A DNA stretch of 64,000 bases from Eledone cirrhosa. Its lineage: Eukaryota. Positions 47,651 to 63,000 of this stretch are shown here, one piece after another. The notes under the pieces are model-generated. The model worked only from the letters and a program-made list of their open reading frames with translations. It had not been told where the DNA came from and did no database searches. The stretch covers positions 414,346,001-414,410,000 of the forward strand of contig OZ024741.1 in the NCBI GenBank assembly GCA_964016885.1, given 5' to 3'. Positions within the stretch are counted from its first letter, which is position 1. Each line of letters begins with the position of its first letter. The translations under genes and the position numbers were made by a program.

Positions 47651-47863
47651 CCATTTCTATGTGTATATGTATGTATTTATATGTATGCGTGTGTGTATGA
47701 ATGCATGTGTATATATATATGTGTGTGTATATCTATATCTACACAAGAATCCCCCTCCACACATGATTCTAATCATTACAATAACCTAACAAAACATTTC
47801 CTCTCTGGCTCAATACTTATATTGTATAGACAACTGTCTATATTACAGAGAAGGAGAGGAAAT

Positions 47864-48040
47864 AACACACACACATATATATATATATATACACATACAG
47901 CCACACACACACCACACACCTACAGCCACACACACCACACTACACCACACCACCCACCACACCATGCACACCCCACCCCACATACCCATACCCCACCCAC
48001 CCACCACCCCACCCCACACACACACCACATATACACAACA
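47864..48040. repeat. CA/CCA-rich simple repeat preceding the satellite
   Basis: Directly visible. Confidence 0.8.
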
Positions 48041-48081
48041 GCAAAAGACCAGCAATCAGCCATCCATAATAAACCAATTCA

Positions 48082-51000
48082 TGACCCCTCAACCCTGCTA
48101 ACCCAATATTTCAATACTAACCTTTAACCCCTCAACCCTGCTAACCCAATATTTCAGTACTGACCTTTAACCCCTCAACCCTGCTAACCCAATATTTCAG
48201 TACTGACCTTTAACCCCTCAACCCTGCAAACCCAATATTACAATACTAACCTTTAACCCCTCAACTCTGCTAACCCAATATTACAATACTAACCTTTAAC
48301 CCCTCAACCCTGCTAACCCAATATTTCAGTACTGACCTTTAACTCCTCAACCCTGCTAACCCAATATTACAATACTAACCTTTAACCCCTCAACCCTGCT
48401 AACCCAATATTACAATACTAACCTTTAACCCCTCAACCCTGTTAACCCAATATTTCAGTACTGACCTTTAACCTCTCAACCCTGCTAACCCAATATTTCA
48501 GTACTGACCTTTAACCCCTCAACCCTGCTAACCCAATATTTCAGTACTAACCTTTAACCCCTCAACCCTGCTAACCCAATATTTCAGTACTGACCTTTAA
48601 CCCCTCAACCCTGCTAACCCAATATTACAATACTAACCTTTAACCCCTCAACCCTGCTAACCCAATATTACAATACTAACCTTTAACCCCTCAACCCTGC
48701 TAACCCAATATCTCAGTACTGACCTTTAACCCCTCAACCCTGCTAACCCAATATTTCAGTACTAACATTTAACCCCTCAACCCTGCTAACCCAATAGCAC
48801 AATACTAACCTTTAACCCCTCAACCCTGCTAACCCAATATTTCAATACTAACCTTTAACTCCTCAACCCTGCTAACCCAATATTTCAGTACTGACCTTTA
48901 ACCCCTCAACCCTGCTAACCCAATATTTCAGTACTAACCTTTAACCCCTCAACCCTGCTAACCCAATATTACAATACTAACCTTTAACCCCTCAACCCTG
49001 CTAACCCAATATTTCAGTACTGACCTTTTACCCCTCAACCCTGCTAACCCAATATTTGAGTACTGACCTTTAACCCCTCAACCCTGCTAACCCAATATTA
49101 CAATACTAACCTTTAAACCCTCAACCCTGCTAACCCAATATTACAATACTAACCTTTAACCCCTCAACCCTGCTAACCCAACATCTCAGTACTGACCTTT
49201 AACACCTCAACCCTGCTAACCCAATATTTCAGTACTAACCTTTAACCCCTCAACCCTGCTAACCCAATAGTACAATACTAACCTTTAAACCCTCAACCCT
49301 GCTAACCCAATAGTACAATACTAACCTTTAAACCCTCAACCCTGCTAACCCAATATTTCAGTACTGACCTTTAACTCCTCAACCCTGCTAACCCAATATT
49401 ACAATACTAACCTTTAACCCCTCAACCCTGCTAACCCAATATTTCAGTACTGACCTTTAACCCCTCAACCCTGCTAACCCAATATTTCAGTACTAACCTT
49501 TAACCCCTCAACCCTGCTAACCCAATATTTCAGTACTGCCCTTTAAGCCCTCAACCCTGCTAACCCAATATTTCAGTACTGACCTTGAACCCCTCAACCC
49601 TGCTAACCCAATATTTCAATACTAACCTTTAACCCCTCAACCCTGCTAACCCAATATTACAATACTAACCTTTAACTCCTCAACCCTGCTAACCCAATAT
49701 TTCAGTGCTGACCTTTAACCCCTCAACCCTGCTAACCCAATATTTCAGTACTAACCTTTAACCCCTCAACCCTGCTAACCCAATATTTCAGTACTGACCT
49801 TTAACCCCTCAACCCTGCTAACCCAATATTTCAGTACTGACCTTTAACCCCTCAACGCTGCTAACCCATTATTTCAATACTAACCTTTAACTCCTCAACC
49901 CTGCTAACCCAATATTTCAGTACTGACCTTTAACCCCTCAACCCTGCTAACCCAATATTTCAGTACTAACCTTTAACCCCTCAACCCTGCTAACCCAATA
50001 TTTCAATACTAACCTTTAACTCCTCAACCCTGCTAACCCAATATTTCAGTACTGACCTTTAACCCCTCAACCCTGCTAACCCAATATTTCAGTACTAACC
50101 TTTAACCCCTCAACCCTGCTAACCCAATATTTCAGTACTGACCTTTAACCCCTCAACCCTGCTAACCCAATATTTCAATACTAATCTTTAACCCCTCAAC
50201 CCTGCTAACCCAATATTTCAGTACTGACCTTTAACCCCTCAACCCTGCTAACCCAATATTTCAGTACTAACCTTTAACCCCTCAACCCTGCTAACCCAAT
50301 ATTACAATACTAACCTTTAACCCCTCAACCCTGCTAACCAAATATTTCAATACTAACCTTTAACCCCTAAACCCTGCTAACCCAATATTTCAGTACTGAC
50401 CTTTTACCCCTCAACCCTGCTAACCCAATATTTGAGTACTGACCTTTAACCCCTCAACCCTGCTAACCCAATATTACAATACTAACCTTTAAACCCTCAA
50501 CCCTGCTAACCCAATATTACAATACTAACCTTTAACCCCTCAACCCTGCTAACCCAATATCTCAGTACTGAGCTTTAACCCCTCAACCCTGCTAACCCAA
50601 TATTTCAGTACTAACCTTTAACCCCTCAACCCTGCCAACCCAATAGTACAATACTAACCTTTAAACCCTAAACCCTGCTAACCCAATATTACAATACTAA
50701 CCTTTAACCCCTCAACCCTGCTAACCCAATATCTCAGTACTGACCTTTAACCCCTCAACCCTGCTAACCCAATATTTCAGTACAGACCTTTAACTCCTCA
50801 ACGCTTCTAACCCAATATTTCAATAATAACCTTTAACTCCTCAACCCTGCTAACCCAATATTTCAGTACTGACCTTTAACCCCTCAACCCTGCTAACCCA
50901 ATATTTCAGTACTAACCTTTAACCCCTCAACCCTGCTAACCCAATATTTCAATACTAACCTTTAACTCCTCAACCCTGCTAACCCAATATTTCAGTACTG

Positions 51001-54000
51001 ACCTTTAACCCCTCAACCCTGCTAACCCAATATTACAATACTAACCTTTAACCCTTCAACCCTGCTAACCCAATATTTCAATACTAACCTTTAACCCCTC
51101 AACCCTGCTAACCCAATATTTCAGTACTGACCTTTAACCCCTCAACCCTGCTAACCCAATATTTCAGTACTGACCTTTAACCCCTCAACCCTGCTAACCC
51201 AAAAATTTCAGTACTGACCTTTAACCCCTCAACCTTGCTAACCCAATATTTCAATACTAACCTTTAACCCTCAACCCTGCTAACCCAATATTTCAATACT
51301 GACCTTTAACCCCTCAACCCTGCTAACCCAATATTTCAGTACTGACCTTTAACCCCTCAACCCTGCTAACCCAATGTTTCAGTACTGACCTTTAACCCCT
51401 CAACCTTGCTAACCCAATATTTCAATACTAACCTTTAACCCTCAACCCTGCTAACCCAATATTTCAATACTGACCTTTAACCCCTCAACCCTGCTAACCC
51501 AATATTTCAGTACTGACCTTTAACTCCTCAACCCTGCTAACCCAATATTTCAATACTAACCTTTAACTCCTCAACCCTGCTAACCAAATATTTCAGTACT
51601 GACCTTTAACCCCTCAACCCTGCTAACCCAATATTTCAATACTAACCTTTAACCCCTCAACCCTGCTAACCCAATATTTCAATACTGACCTTTAACCCCT
51701 CAACCCTGCTAACCCAAGATTTCAGTACTGACCTTTAACCCCTCAACCCTGCTAACCCAATATTTCAATACTGACCTTTAACCCCTCAACCCTGCTAACC
51801 CAATATTTCAATACTAACCTTTACCTCATCAACCCTGCTAACCCAATATTTCAATACTAACCTTTAACCCCTCAACCCTGCTAACCCAATATTTCAATAC
51901 TAACCTTTAACCCCTCAACCCTGCTAACCCAATATTTCAGTACTGACCTTTAACCCCTCAACGCTGCTAACCCAATATTACAATACTAACCTTTAACCCC
52001 TCAACCCTGCTAACCCAATATTTCAATACTAACCTTTAACCCCTCAACCCTGCTAACCCGATATTTCAGTACTAACCTTTAACCCCTCATCCCTGCTAAC
52101 CTAATATTTCAATACTAACCTTTAACCCCTCAACCCTGCTAACCCAATATTTCAATACTAGCCTTTAACCCCTCAACCCTACTAACCCAATATTTCAATA
52201 CTAACCTTTAACCCCTCAAACCTGCTAACCCAATATTTCAATACTAACCTTTAACCCCTCAACCCTGCTAACCCAATATTTCAGTACTAACCTTTAACCC
52301 CTCAACCCTGCTAACCCAATATTACAATACTAACCTTTAACCCTTCAACCCTGCTAACCCAATATTTCAATACTAACCTTTAACCCCTCAACCCTGCTAA
52401 CCCAATATTTCAGTACTGACCTTTAACCCCTCAACCCTGCTAACCCAATATTTCAGTACTGACCTTTAACCCCTCAACCCTGCTAACCCAAAAATTTCAG
52501 TACTGACCTTTAACCCCTCAACCTTGCTAACCCAATATTTCAATACTAACCTTTAACCCTCAACCCTGCTAACCCAATATTTCAATACTGACCTTTAACC
52601 CCTCAACCCTGCTAACCCAATATTTCAGTACTGACCTTTAACCCCTCAACCCTGCTAACCCAATGTTTCAGTACTGACCTTTAACCCCTCAACCTTGCTA
52701 ACCCAATATTTCAATACTAACCTTTAACCCTCAACCATGCTAACCCAATATTTCAATACTGACCTTTAACCCCTCAACCCTGCTAACCCAATATTTCAGT
52801 ACTGACCTTTAACTCCTCAACCCTGCTAACCCAATATTTCAATACTAACCTTTAACTCCTCAACCCTGCTAACCAAATATTTCAGTACTGACCTTTAACC
52901 CCTCAACCCTGCTAACCCAATATTTCAATACTAACCTTTAACCCCTCAACCCTGCTAACCCAATATTTCAATACTGACCTTTAACCCCTCAACCCTGCTA
53001 ACCCAAGATTTCAGTACTGACCTTTAACCCCTCAACCCTGCTAACCCAATATTTCAATACTGACCTTTAACCCCTCAACCCTGCTAACCCAATATTTCAA
53101 TACTAACCTTTACCTAATCAGCCCTGCTAACCCAATATTTCAATACTAACCTTTAACCCCTCAACCCTGCTAACCCAATATTTCAATACTAACCTTTAAC
53201 CCCTCAACCCTGCTAACCCAATATTTCAGTACTGACCTTTAACCCCTCAACGCTGCTAACCCAATATTACAATACTAACCTTTAACCCCTCAACCCTGCT
53301 AACCCAATATTTCAATACTAACCTTTAACCCCTCAACCCTGCTAACCCGATATTTCAGTACTAACCTTTAACCCCTCATCAACCCTGCTAACCCAATATT
53401 TCAATACTAACCTTTAACCCCTCAACCCTGCTAACCCAATATTTCAATACTAGCCTTTAACCCCTCAACCCTACTAACCCAATATTTCAATACTAACCTT
53501 TAACCCCTCAAACCTGCTAACCCAATATTTCAATACTAACCTTTAACCCCTCAACCCTGCTAACCCAATATTTCAGTACTAACCTTTAACCCCTCAACCC
53601 TGCTAACCCAATATTTCAGTACTGAACTTTAACCCCTCAACCCTGCTAACCCAATATTTCAGTACTAACCTTTAACCCCTCAAACCTGCTAACCAAATAT
53701 TTCAAGACTGAACTTTAACCCCTCAACCCTGCTAACCCAATATTTCAATATTAATCTTTAACCCCTCAACCCAGCTAACCCAATATTTCAGTACTGACCT
53801 TTAACCCCTCAACCCTGCTAACCCAATATTTCAGTACTAACCTTTAACCCCTCAACCCTGCTAACCCAATATTACAATACTAACCTTTAACACCTCAACC
53901 CTGCCAACGCAATATTTCAATACTAACCTTTAACCCCTCAACCCTGCTAACCCAATATTACAATACTAACCTTTAACACCTCAACCCTGCCAACGCAATA

Positions 54001-57000
54001 TTTCAATACTAACCTTTAGCCCCTCAACACTGCTAACCCAATATTTCAGTACTGACCTTTAACCCCTCAACCCTGCTAACCCAATATTACAATACTAACC
54101 TTTAACCCCTCAACCCTGCTAACCCAATATTACAATACTAACCTTTAACCCCTCAACCTTGCTAACCCAATATCTCAGTACTGACCTTTAACCCCTCAAC
54201 CCTGCTAACCCAATATTTCAGTACTAACCTTTAACCCCTCAACCCTGCTAACCCAATATTACAATACTAACCTTTAACACCTCAACCCTGCCAACGCAAT
54301 ATTTCAATACTAACCTTTAACCCCGCAACCCTGCTAACCCAATATTACAATACTAACCTTTAACCCCTCAACCTTGCTAACCCAATATCTCAGTACTGAC
54401 CTTTAACCCCTCAACCCTGCTAACCCAATATTTCAGTACTAACCTTTAACTCCTCAACCCTGCTAACCCAATATTACAATACTAACCTTTAACACCTCAA
54501 CCCTGCCAACGCAATATTTCAATACTAACCTTTAACCCCTCAACCCTGCTAACCCAATATTACAATACTAACCTTTAACACCTCAACCCTGCCAACGCAA
54601 TATTTCAATACTAACCTTTAACCCCTCAACCCTGCTAACCCAATATTTCAGTACTGACCTTTAACCCCTCAACCCTGCTAACCCAATATTTCAGTACTGA
54701 CCTTTAACCCCTCAACCCTGCTAACCCAATATTACAATACTAACCTTTAACCCCTCAACCCTGCTAACCCAATATCTCAGTACTGACCTTTAACCCCTCA
54801 ACCCTGCTAACCCAATATTTCAGTACTGACCTTTAACCCCTCAACCCTGCTAACCCAATATTTCAGTACTAACCTTTAACCCCTCAACCCTGCTAACCCA
54901 ATAGTACAATACTAACCTTTAAACCCCTCAACCCTGCTAACCCAATAGTACAATACTAACCTTTAAACCCTCAACCCTGCTAACCCAATATTACAATACT
55001 AACCTTTAACCCCTCAACCCTGCTAACCCAATATTTCAGTACTGACCTTTAACCCCTCAACCCTGCTAACCCAATATTTCAGTACTAACCTTTAACCCCT
55101 CAACCCTGCTAACCCAATAGTACAATACTAACCTTTAACCCCTCAACCCTGCTAACCCAATATCTCAGTACTGACCTTTAACCCCTCAACCCTGCTAACC
55201 CAATATTTCAGTACTAACCTTTAACCCCTCAACCCTGCTAACCCAATAGTACAATACTAACCTTTAACCCCTCAACCCTGCTAACCCAATATTTCAATAC
55301 TAACCTTTAACTCCTCAACCCTGCTAACCCAATATTTCAGTACTGACCTTTAACCCCTCAACCCTGCTAACCCAATATTTCAGTACTAACCTTTAACCCC
55401 TCAACCCTGCTAACCCAATAGTACAATACTAACCTTTAAACCCCTCAACCCTGCTAACCCAATTGTACAATACTAACCTTTAACCCCTCAACCCTGCTAA
55501 CCCAATATTTCAGTACTGACCTTTAACCCCTCAACCCTGCTAACCCAATATTTCAGTACTAACCTTTAACCCCTCAACCCTGCTAACCCAATATTTCAGT
55601 ACTGCCCTTTAAGCCCTCAACCCTGCTAACCCAATATTTCAGTACTGACCTTTAACCCCTCAACCCTGCTAACCCAATATTACAATACTAACCTTTAACC
55701 CCTCAACCCTGCTAACACAATATCTCAGTACTGACCTTTAACCCCTCAACCCTGCTAACCCAATATTTCAGTACTAACCTTTAACCCCTCAACCCTGCTA
55801 ACCCAATATTTCAGTGCTGACCTTTAACCCCTCAACCCTGCTAACCCAATATTTCAGTACTAACCTTTAACCCCTCAACCCTGCTAACCCAATATTTCAG
55901 TACTGACCTTTAACCCCTCAACCCTGCTAACCCAATATTTCAGTACTGACCTTTAACCCCTCAACGCTGCTAACCCAATATTTCAATACTAACCTTTAAC
56001 TCCTCAACCCTGCTAACCCAATATTTCAGTACTGACCTTTAACCCCTCAACCCTGCTAACCCAATATTTCAGTACTAACCTTTAACCCCTCAACCCTGCT
56101 AACCCAATATTTCAATACTAACCTTTAACTCCTCAACCCTGCTAACCCAATATTTCAGTACTGACCTTTAACCCCTCAACCCTGCTAACCCAATATTTCA
56201 GTACTAACCTTTAACCCCTCAACCCTGCTAACCCAATATTTCAATACTAACCTTTAACTCCTCAACCCTGCTAACCCAATATTTCAGTACTGACCTTTAA
56301 CCCCTCAACCCTGCTAACCCAATATTTCAGTACTGACCTTTAACCCCTCAACCCTGCTAACCCAATATTTCAGTACTAACCTTTAACCCCTCAACCCTGC
56401 TAACCCAATATTTCAGTGCTGACCTTTAACCCCTCAACCCTGCTAACCCAATATTTCAGTACTGACCTTTAACCCCTCAACCCTGCTAACCCAATATTTC
56501 AGTACTAACCTTTAACCCCTCAACCCTGCTAACCCAATATTTCAATACTAACCTTTAACTCCTCAACCCTGCTAACCCAATATTTCAGTACTGACCTTTA
56601 ACCCCTCAACCCTGCTAACCCAATATTTCAGTACTAACCTTTAACCCCTCAACCCTGCTAACCCAATATTTCAATACTGACCTTTAACCCCTCAACCCTG
56701 CTAACCCAATATTTCAGTACTAACCTTTAACCCCTCAACCCTGCTAACCCAATATTTCAATACTGACCTTTAACCCCTCAACCCTGCTAACCCAATATTT
56801 CAGTACTAACCTTTAACCCCTCAACCCTGCTAACCCAATATTTCAGTACTGACCTTTAACCCCTCAACCCTGCTAACCCAATATTACAATACTGACCTTT
56901 AACCCCTCAACCCTGCTAACCCAATATTTCAGTACTAACCTTTAACCCCTCAACCCTGCTAACCCAATATTACAATACTAACCTTTACCTCCTCAACCCT

Positions 57001-60000
57001 GCTAACCCAATATTTCAGTACTGACCTTTAACCCCTCAACCCTGCTAACCCAATATTACAATACTGACCTTTAACCCCTCAACCCTGCTAACCCAATATT
57101 TCAATACTAACCTTTAACCCCTCAACCCTGCTAACCCAATATTACAATACTAACCTTTAACCCCTCAACCCTGCTAACCCAATATTTCAATACTGACCTT
57201 TAACCCCTCAACCCTGCTAACCCAATATTTCAATACTAACCATTAACCCCTCAACTCTGCTAACCCAATATTACAATACTAACCTTTAACCCCTCAACCC
57301 TGCTAACCCAATATTTCAGTACTGACCTTTAACCCCTCAACCCTGCTAACCCAATATTTCAGTACTGACCTTTAACCCCTCAACCCTGCTAACCCAATAT
57401 TTCAATACTGACCTTTAACCCCTCAACCCTGCTAACCCAATATTTCAATACTAACCATTAACCCCTCAACCCTGCTAACCCAATATTTCAGTACTGACCT
57501 TTAAACCCTCAACGCTGCTAACCCAATATTACAATACTAACCTTTAACCCCTCAACCCTGCTAACCCAATATTTCAATACTAACCTTTAACCCCTCAACC
57601 CTGCTAACCCAATATTTCAGTACTGACCTTTAACCCCTCAACGCTGCTAACCCAATATTTCAATACTAACCTTTAACTCCTCAACCCTGCTAACCCAATA
57701 TTTCAGTACTGACCTTTAACCCCTCAACCCTGCTAACCCAATATTTCAGTACTAACCTTTAACCCCTCAACCCTGCTAACCCAATATTTCAATACTAACC
57801 TTTAACCCCTCAACTCTGCTAACCCAATATTACAATACTAACCTTTAACCCCTCAACCCTGCTAACCCAATATTTCAGTACTGACCTTTAACCCCTCAAC
57901 CCTGCTAACCCAATATTTCAGTACTGACCTTTAACCCCTCAACCCTGCTAACCCAATATTACAATACTAACCTTTAACCCCTCAACCCTGCTAACCCAAT
58001 ATTTCAGTACTAACCTTTAACCCCTCAACCCTGCTAACCCAATATTACAATACTAACCTTTAACCCCTCAACCCTGCTAACCCAATATTACAATACTAAC
58101 CTTTAACCCCTCAACCCTGCTAACCCAATATTTCAGTACTGACCTTTAACCCCTCAACCCTGCTAACCCAATATTTCAGTACTGACCTTTAACCCCTCAA
58201 CCCTGCTAACCCAATATTTCAGTACTAACCTTTAACCCCTCAACCCTGCTAACCCAATATTACAATACTAACCTTTAACACCTCAACCCTGCCAACGCAA
58301 TATTTCAATACTAACCTTTAACCCCTCAACCCTGCTAACCCAATAGTACAATACTAACCTTTAAACCCTCAACCCTGCTAACCCAATAGTACAATACTAA
58401 CCTTTAAACCCTCAACCCTGCTAACCCAATATTACAATACTAACCTTTAACCCCTCAACCCTGCTAACCCAATATTTCAGTACTGACCTTTAACCCCTCA
58501 ACCCTGCTAACCCAATATTACAATACTAACCTTTAACCCCTCAACCCTGCTAACCCAATATTTCAGTACTAACCTTTAACCCCTCAATCCTGCTAACCCA
58601 ATATTACAATACTAACCTTTAACCCCTCAACCCTGCTAACCCAATATTACAATACTAACCTTTAACCCCTCAACCCTGTTAACCCAATATTTCAGTACTG
58701 ACCTTTAACCCCTCAACCCTGCTAACCCAATATTTCAGTACTGACCTTTAACCCCTCAACCCTGCTAACCCAATATTTCAGTACTAACCTTTAACCCCTC
58801 AACCCTGCTAACCCAATATTACAATACTAACCTTTAACACCTCAACCCTGCCAACGCAATATTTCAATACTAACCTTTAACCCCTCAACCCTGCTAACCC
58901 AATATTACAATAATAACCTTTAACACCTCAACCCTGCCAACGCAATATTTCAATACTAACCTTTAGCCCCTCAACACTGCTAACCCAATATTTCAGTACT
59001 GACCTTTAACCCCTCAACCCTGCTAACCCAATATTTCAGTACTGACCTTTAACCCCTCAACCCTGCTAACCCAATATTACAATACTAACCTTTAACCCCT
59101 CAACCCTGCTAACCCAATATTACAATACTAACCTTTAACCCCTCAACCTTGCTAACCCAATATCTCAGTACTGACCTTTAACCCCTCAACCCTGCTAACC
59201 CAATATTTCAGTACTAACCTTTAACCCCTCAACCCTGCTAACCCAATATTACAATACTAACCTTTAACACCTCAACCCTGCCAACGCAATATTTCAATAC
59301 TAACCTTTAACCCCTCAACCCTGCTAACCCAATATTACAATACTAACCTTTAACACCTCAACCCTGCCAACGCAATATTTCAATACTAACCTTTAACCCC
59401 TCAACCCTGCTAACCCAATATTACAATACTAACCTTTAACACCTCAACCCTGCCAACGCAATATTTCAATACTAACCTTTAACCCCTCAACCCTGCTAAC
59501 CCAATATTACAATACTAACCTTTAACACCTCAACCCTGCCAACGCAATATTTCAATACTAACCTTTAACCCCTCAACACTGCTAACCCAATATTTCAGTA
59601 CTGACCTTTAACCCCTCAACCCTGCTAACCCAATATTTCAGTACTGACCTTTAACCCCTCAACCCTGCTAACCCAATATTTCAGTACTGACCTTTAACCC
59701 CTCAACCCTGCTAACCCAATATTACAATACTAACCTTTAACCCCTCAACCCTGCTAACCCAATATTACAATACTAACCTTTAACCCCTCAACCTTGCTAA
59801 CCCAATATCTCAGTACTGACCTTTAACCCCTCAACCCTGCTAACCCAATATTTCAGTACTAACCTTTAACCCCTCAACCCTGCTAACCCAATAGTACAAT
59901 ACTAACCTTTAACCCCTCAACCCTGCTAACCCAATATTTCAATACTAACCTTTAACCCCTCAACCCTGTTAACCCAATATTTCAGTACTGACCTTTAACC

Positions 60001-63000
60001 CCTCAACCCTGCTAACCCAATATTTCAGTACTGACCTTTAACCCCTCAACCCTGCTAACCCAATATTTCAGTACTAACCTTTAACCCCTCAACCCTGCTA
60101 ACCCAATATTACAATACTAACCTTTAACACCTCAACCCTGCCAACGCAATATTTCAATACTAACCTTTAACCCCTCAACCCTGCTAACCCAATATTACAA
60201 TACTAACCTTTAACACCTCAACCCTGCCAACGCAATATTTCAATACTAACCTTTAGCCCCTCAACACTGCTAACCCAATATTTCAGTACTGACCTTTAAC
60301 TCCTCAACCCTGCTAACCCAATATTTCAGTACTGACCTTTAACCCCTCAACCCTGCTAACCCAATATTACAATACTAACCTTTAACCCCTCAACCCTGCT
60401 AACCCAATATTACAATACTAACCTTTAACCCCTCAACCTTGCTAACCCAATATCTCAGTACTGACCTTTAACCCCTCAACCCTGCTAACCCAATATTTCA
60501 GTACTAACCTTTAACCCCTCAACCCTGCTAACCCAATATTACAATACTAACCTTTAACACCTCAACCCTGCCAACGCAATATTTCAATACTAACCTTTAA
60601 CCCCTCAACCCTGCTAACCCAATATTACAATACTAACCTTTAACACCTCAACCCTGCCAACGCAATATTTCAATACTAACCTTTAACCCCTCAACCCTGC
60701 TAACCCAATATTACAATACTAACCTTTAACACCTCAACCCTGCCAACGCAATATTTCAATACTAACCTTTAACCCCTCAACCCTGCTAACCCAATATTAC
60801 AATACTAACCTTTAACACCTCAACCCTGCCAACGCAATATTTCAATACTAACCTTTAACCCCTCAACACTGCTAACCCAATATTTCAGTACTGACCTTTA
60901 ACCCCTCAACCCTGCTAACCCAATATTTCAGTACTGACCTTTAACCCCTCAACCCTGCTAACCCAATATTTCAGTACTGACCTTTAACCCCCCAACCCTG
61001 CTAACCCAATATTACAATACTAACCTTTAACCCCTCAACCCTGCTAACCCAATATTACAATACTAACCTTTAACCCCTCAACCTTGCTAACCCAATATCT
61101 CAGTACTGACCTTTAACCCCTCAACCCTGCTAACCCAATATTTCAGTACTAACCTTTAACCCCTCAACCCTGCTAACCCAATAGTACAATAGTAACCTTT
61201 AACCCCTCAACCCTGCTAACCCAATATTTCAATACTAACCTTTAACTCCTCAACCCTGCTAACCCAATATTTCAGTGCTGACCTTTAACCCCTCAACCCT
61301 GCTAACCCAATATTTCAGTACTAACCTTTAACCCCTCAACCCTGCTAACCCAATATTTCAGTACTGACCTTTAACCCCTCAACCCTGCTAACCCAATATT
61401 TCAGTACTGACCTTTAACCCCTCAACCCTGCTAACCCAATATTTCAGTACTGACCTTTAACCCCTCAACCCTGCTAACCCAATATTTCAGTACTGACCTT
61501 TAACCCCTCAACCCTGCTAACCCAATATTTCAATACTAACCTTTAACCCCTCAACTCTGCTAACCCAATATTACAATACTAACCTTTAACCCCTCAACCC
61601 TGCTAACCCAATATTTCAGTACTGACCTTTAACCCCTCAACCCTGCTAACCCAATATTTACGTACTGACCTTTAACCCCTCAACCCTGCTAACCCAATAT
61701 TACAATACTAACCTTTAACCCCTCAACCCTGCTAACCCAATATTTCAGTACTAACCTTTAACCCCTCAACCCTGCTAACCCAATATTACAATACTAACCT
61801 TTAACCCCTCAACCCTGCTAACCCAATATTACAATACTAACCTTTAACCCCTCAACCCTGTTAACCCAATATTTAAGTACTGACCTTTAACCCCTCAACC
61901 CTGCTAACCCAATATTTCAGTACTGACCTTTAACCCCTCAACCCTGCTAACCCAATATTTCAGTACTAACCTTTAACCCCTCAACCCTGCTAACCCAATA
62001 TTTCAGTACTGACCTTTAACCCCTCAACCCTGCTAACCCAATATTACAATACTAACCTTTAACCCCTCAACCCTGCTAACCCAATATTACAATACTAACC
62101 TTTAACCCCTCAACCCTGCTAACCCAATATCTCAGTACTGACCTTTAACCCCTCAACCCTGCTAACCCAATATTTCAGTACTAACCTTTAACCCCTCAAC
62201 CCTGCTAACCCAATAGTACAATACTAACCTTTAACCCCTCAACCCTGCTAACCCAATATTTCAATACTAACCTTTAACTCCTCAACCCTGCTAACCCAAT
62301 ATTTCAGTACTGACCTTTAACCCCTCAACCCTGCTAACCCAATATTTCAGAACTAACCTTTAACCCCTCAACCCTGCTAACCCAATATTTCAATACTAAC
62401 CTTTAACTCCTCAACCCTGCTAACCCAATATTTCAGTACTAACCTTTACCCCCTCAACCCTGCTAACCCAATATTTCAGTACTGACCTTTAACCCCTCAA
62501 CCCTGCTAACCCAATATTTCAATACTAATCTTTAACCCCTCAACCCTGCTAACCCAATATTTCAGTACTGACCTTTAACCCCTCAACCCTGCTAACCCAA
62601 TATTTCAGTACTAACCTTTAACCCCTCAACCCTGCTAACCCAATATTACAATACTAACCTTTAACCCCTCAACCCTGCTAACCCAATATTTCAGTACTGA
62701 CCTTTTACCCCTCAACCCTGCTAACCCAATATTTGAGTACTGACCTTTAACCCCTCAACCCTGCTAACCCAATATTACAATACTAACCTTTAAACCCTCA
62801 ACCCTGCTAACCCAATATTACAATACTAACCTTTAACCCCTCAACCCTGCTAACCCAATATCTCAGTACTGACCTTTAACCCCTCAACCCTGCTAACCCA
62901 ATATTTCAGTACTAACCTTTAACCCCTCAACCCTGCTAACCCAATAGTACAATACTAACCTTTAAACCCTCAACCCTGCTAACCCAATATTACAATACTA

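Noticed and set aside
41466-48081. Additional upstream unc-79 exon
   Set aside because: I found no minus-strand segment with splice sites and UNC-79-like sequence by eye, though a small exon could have been missed.
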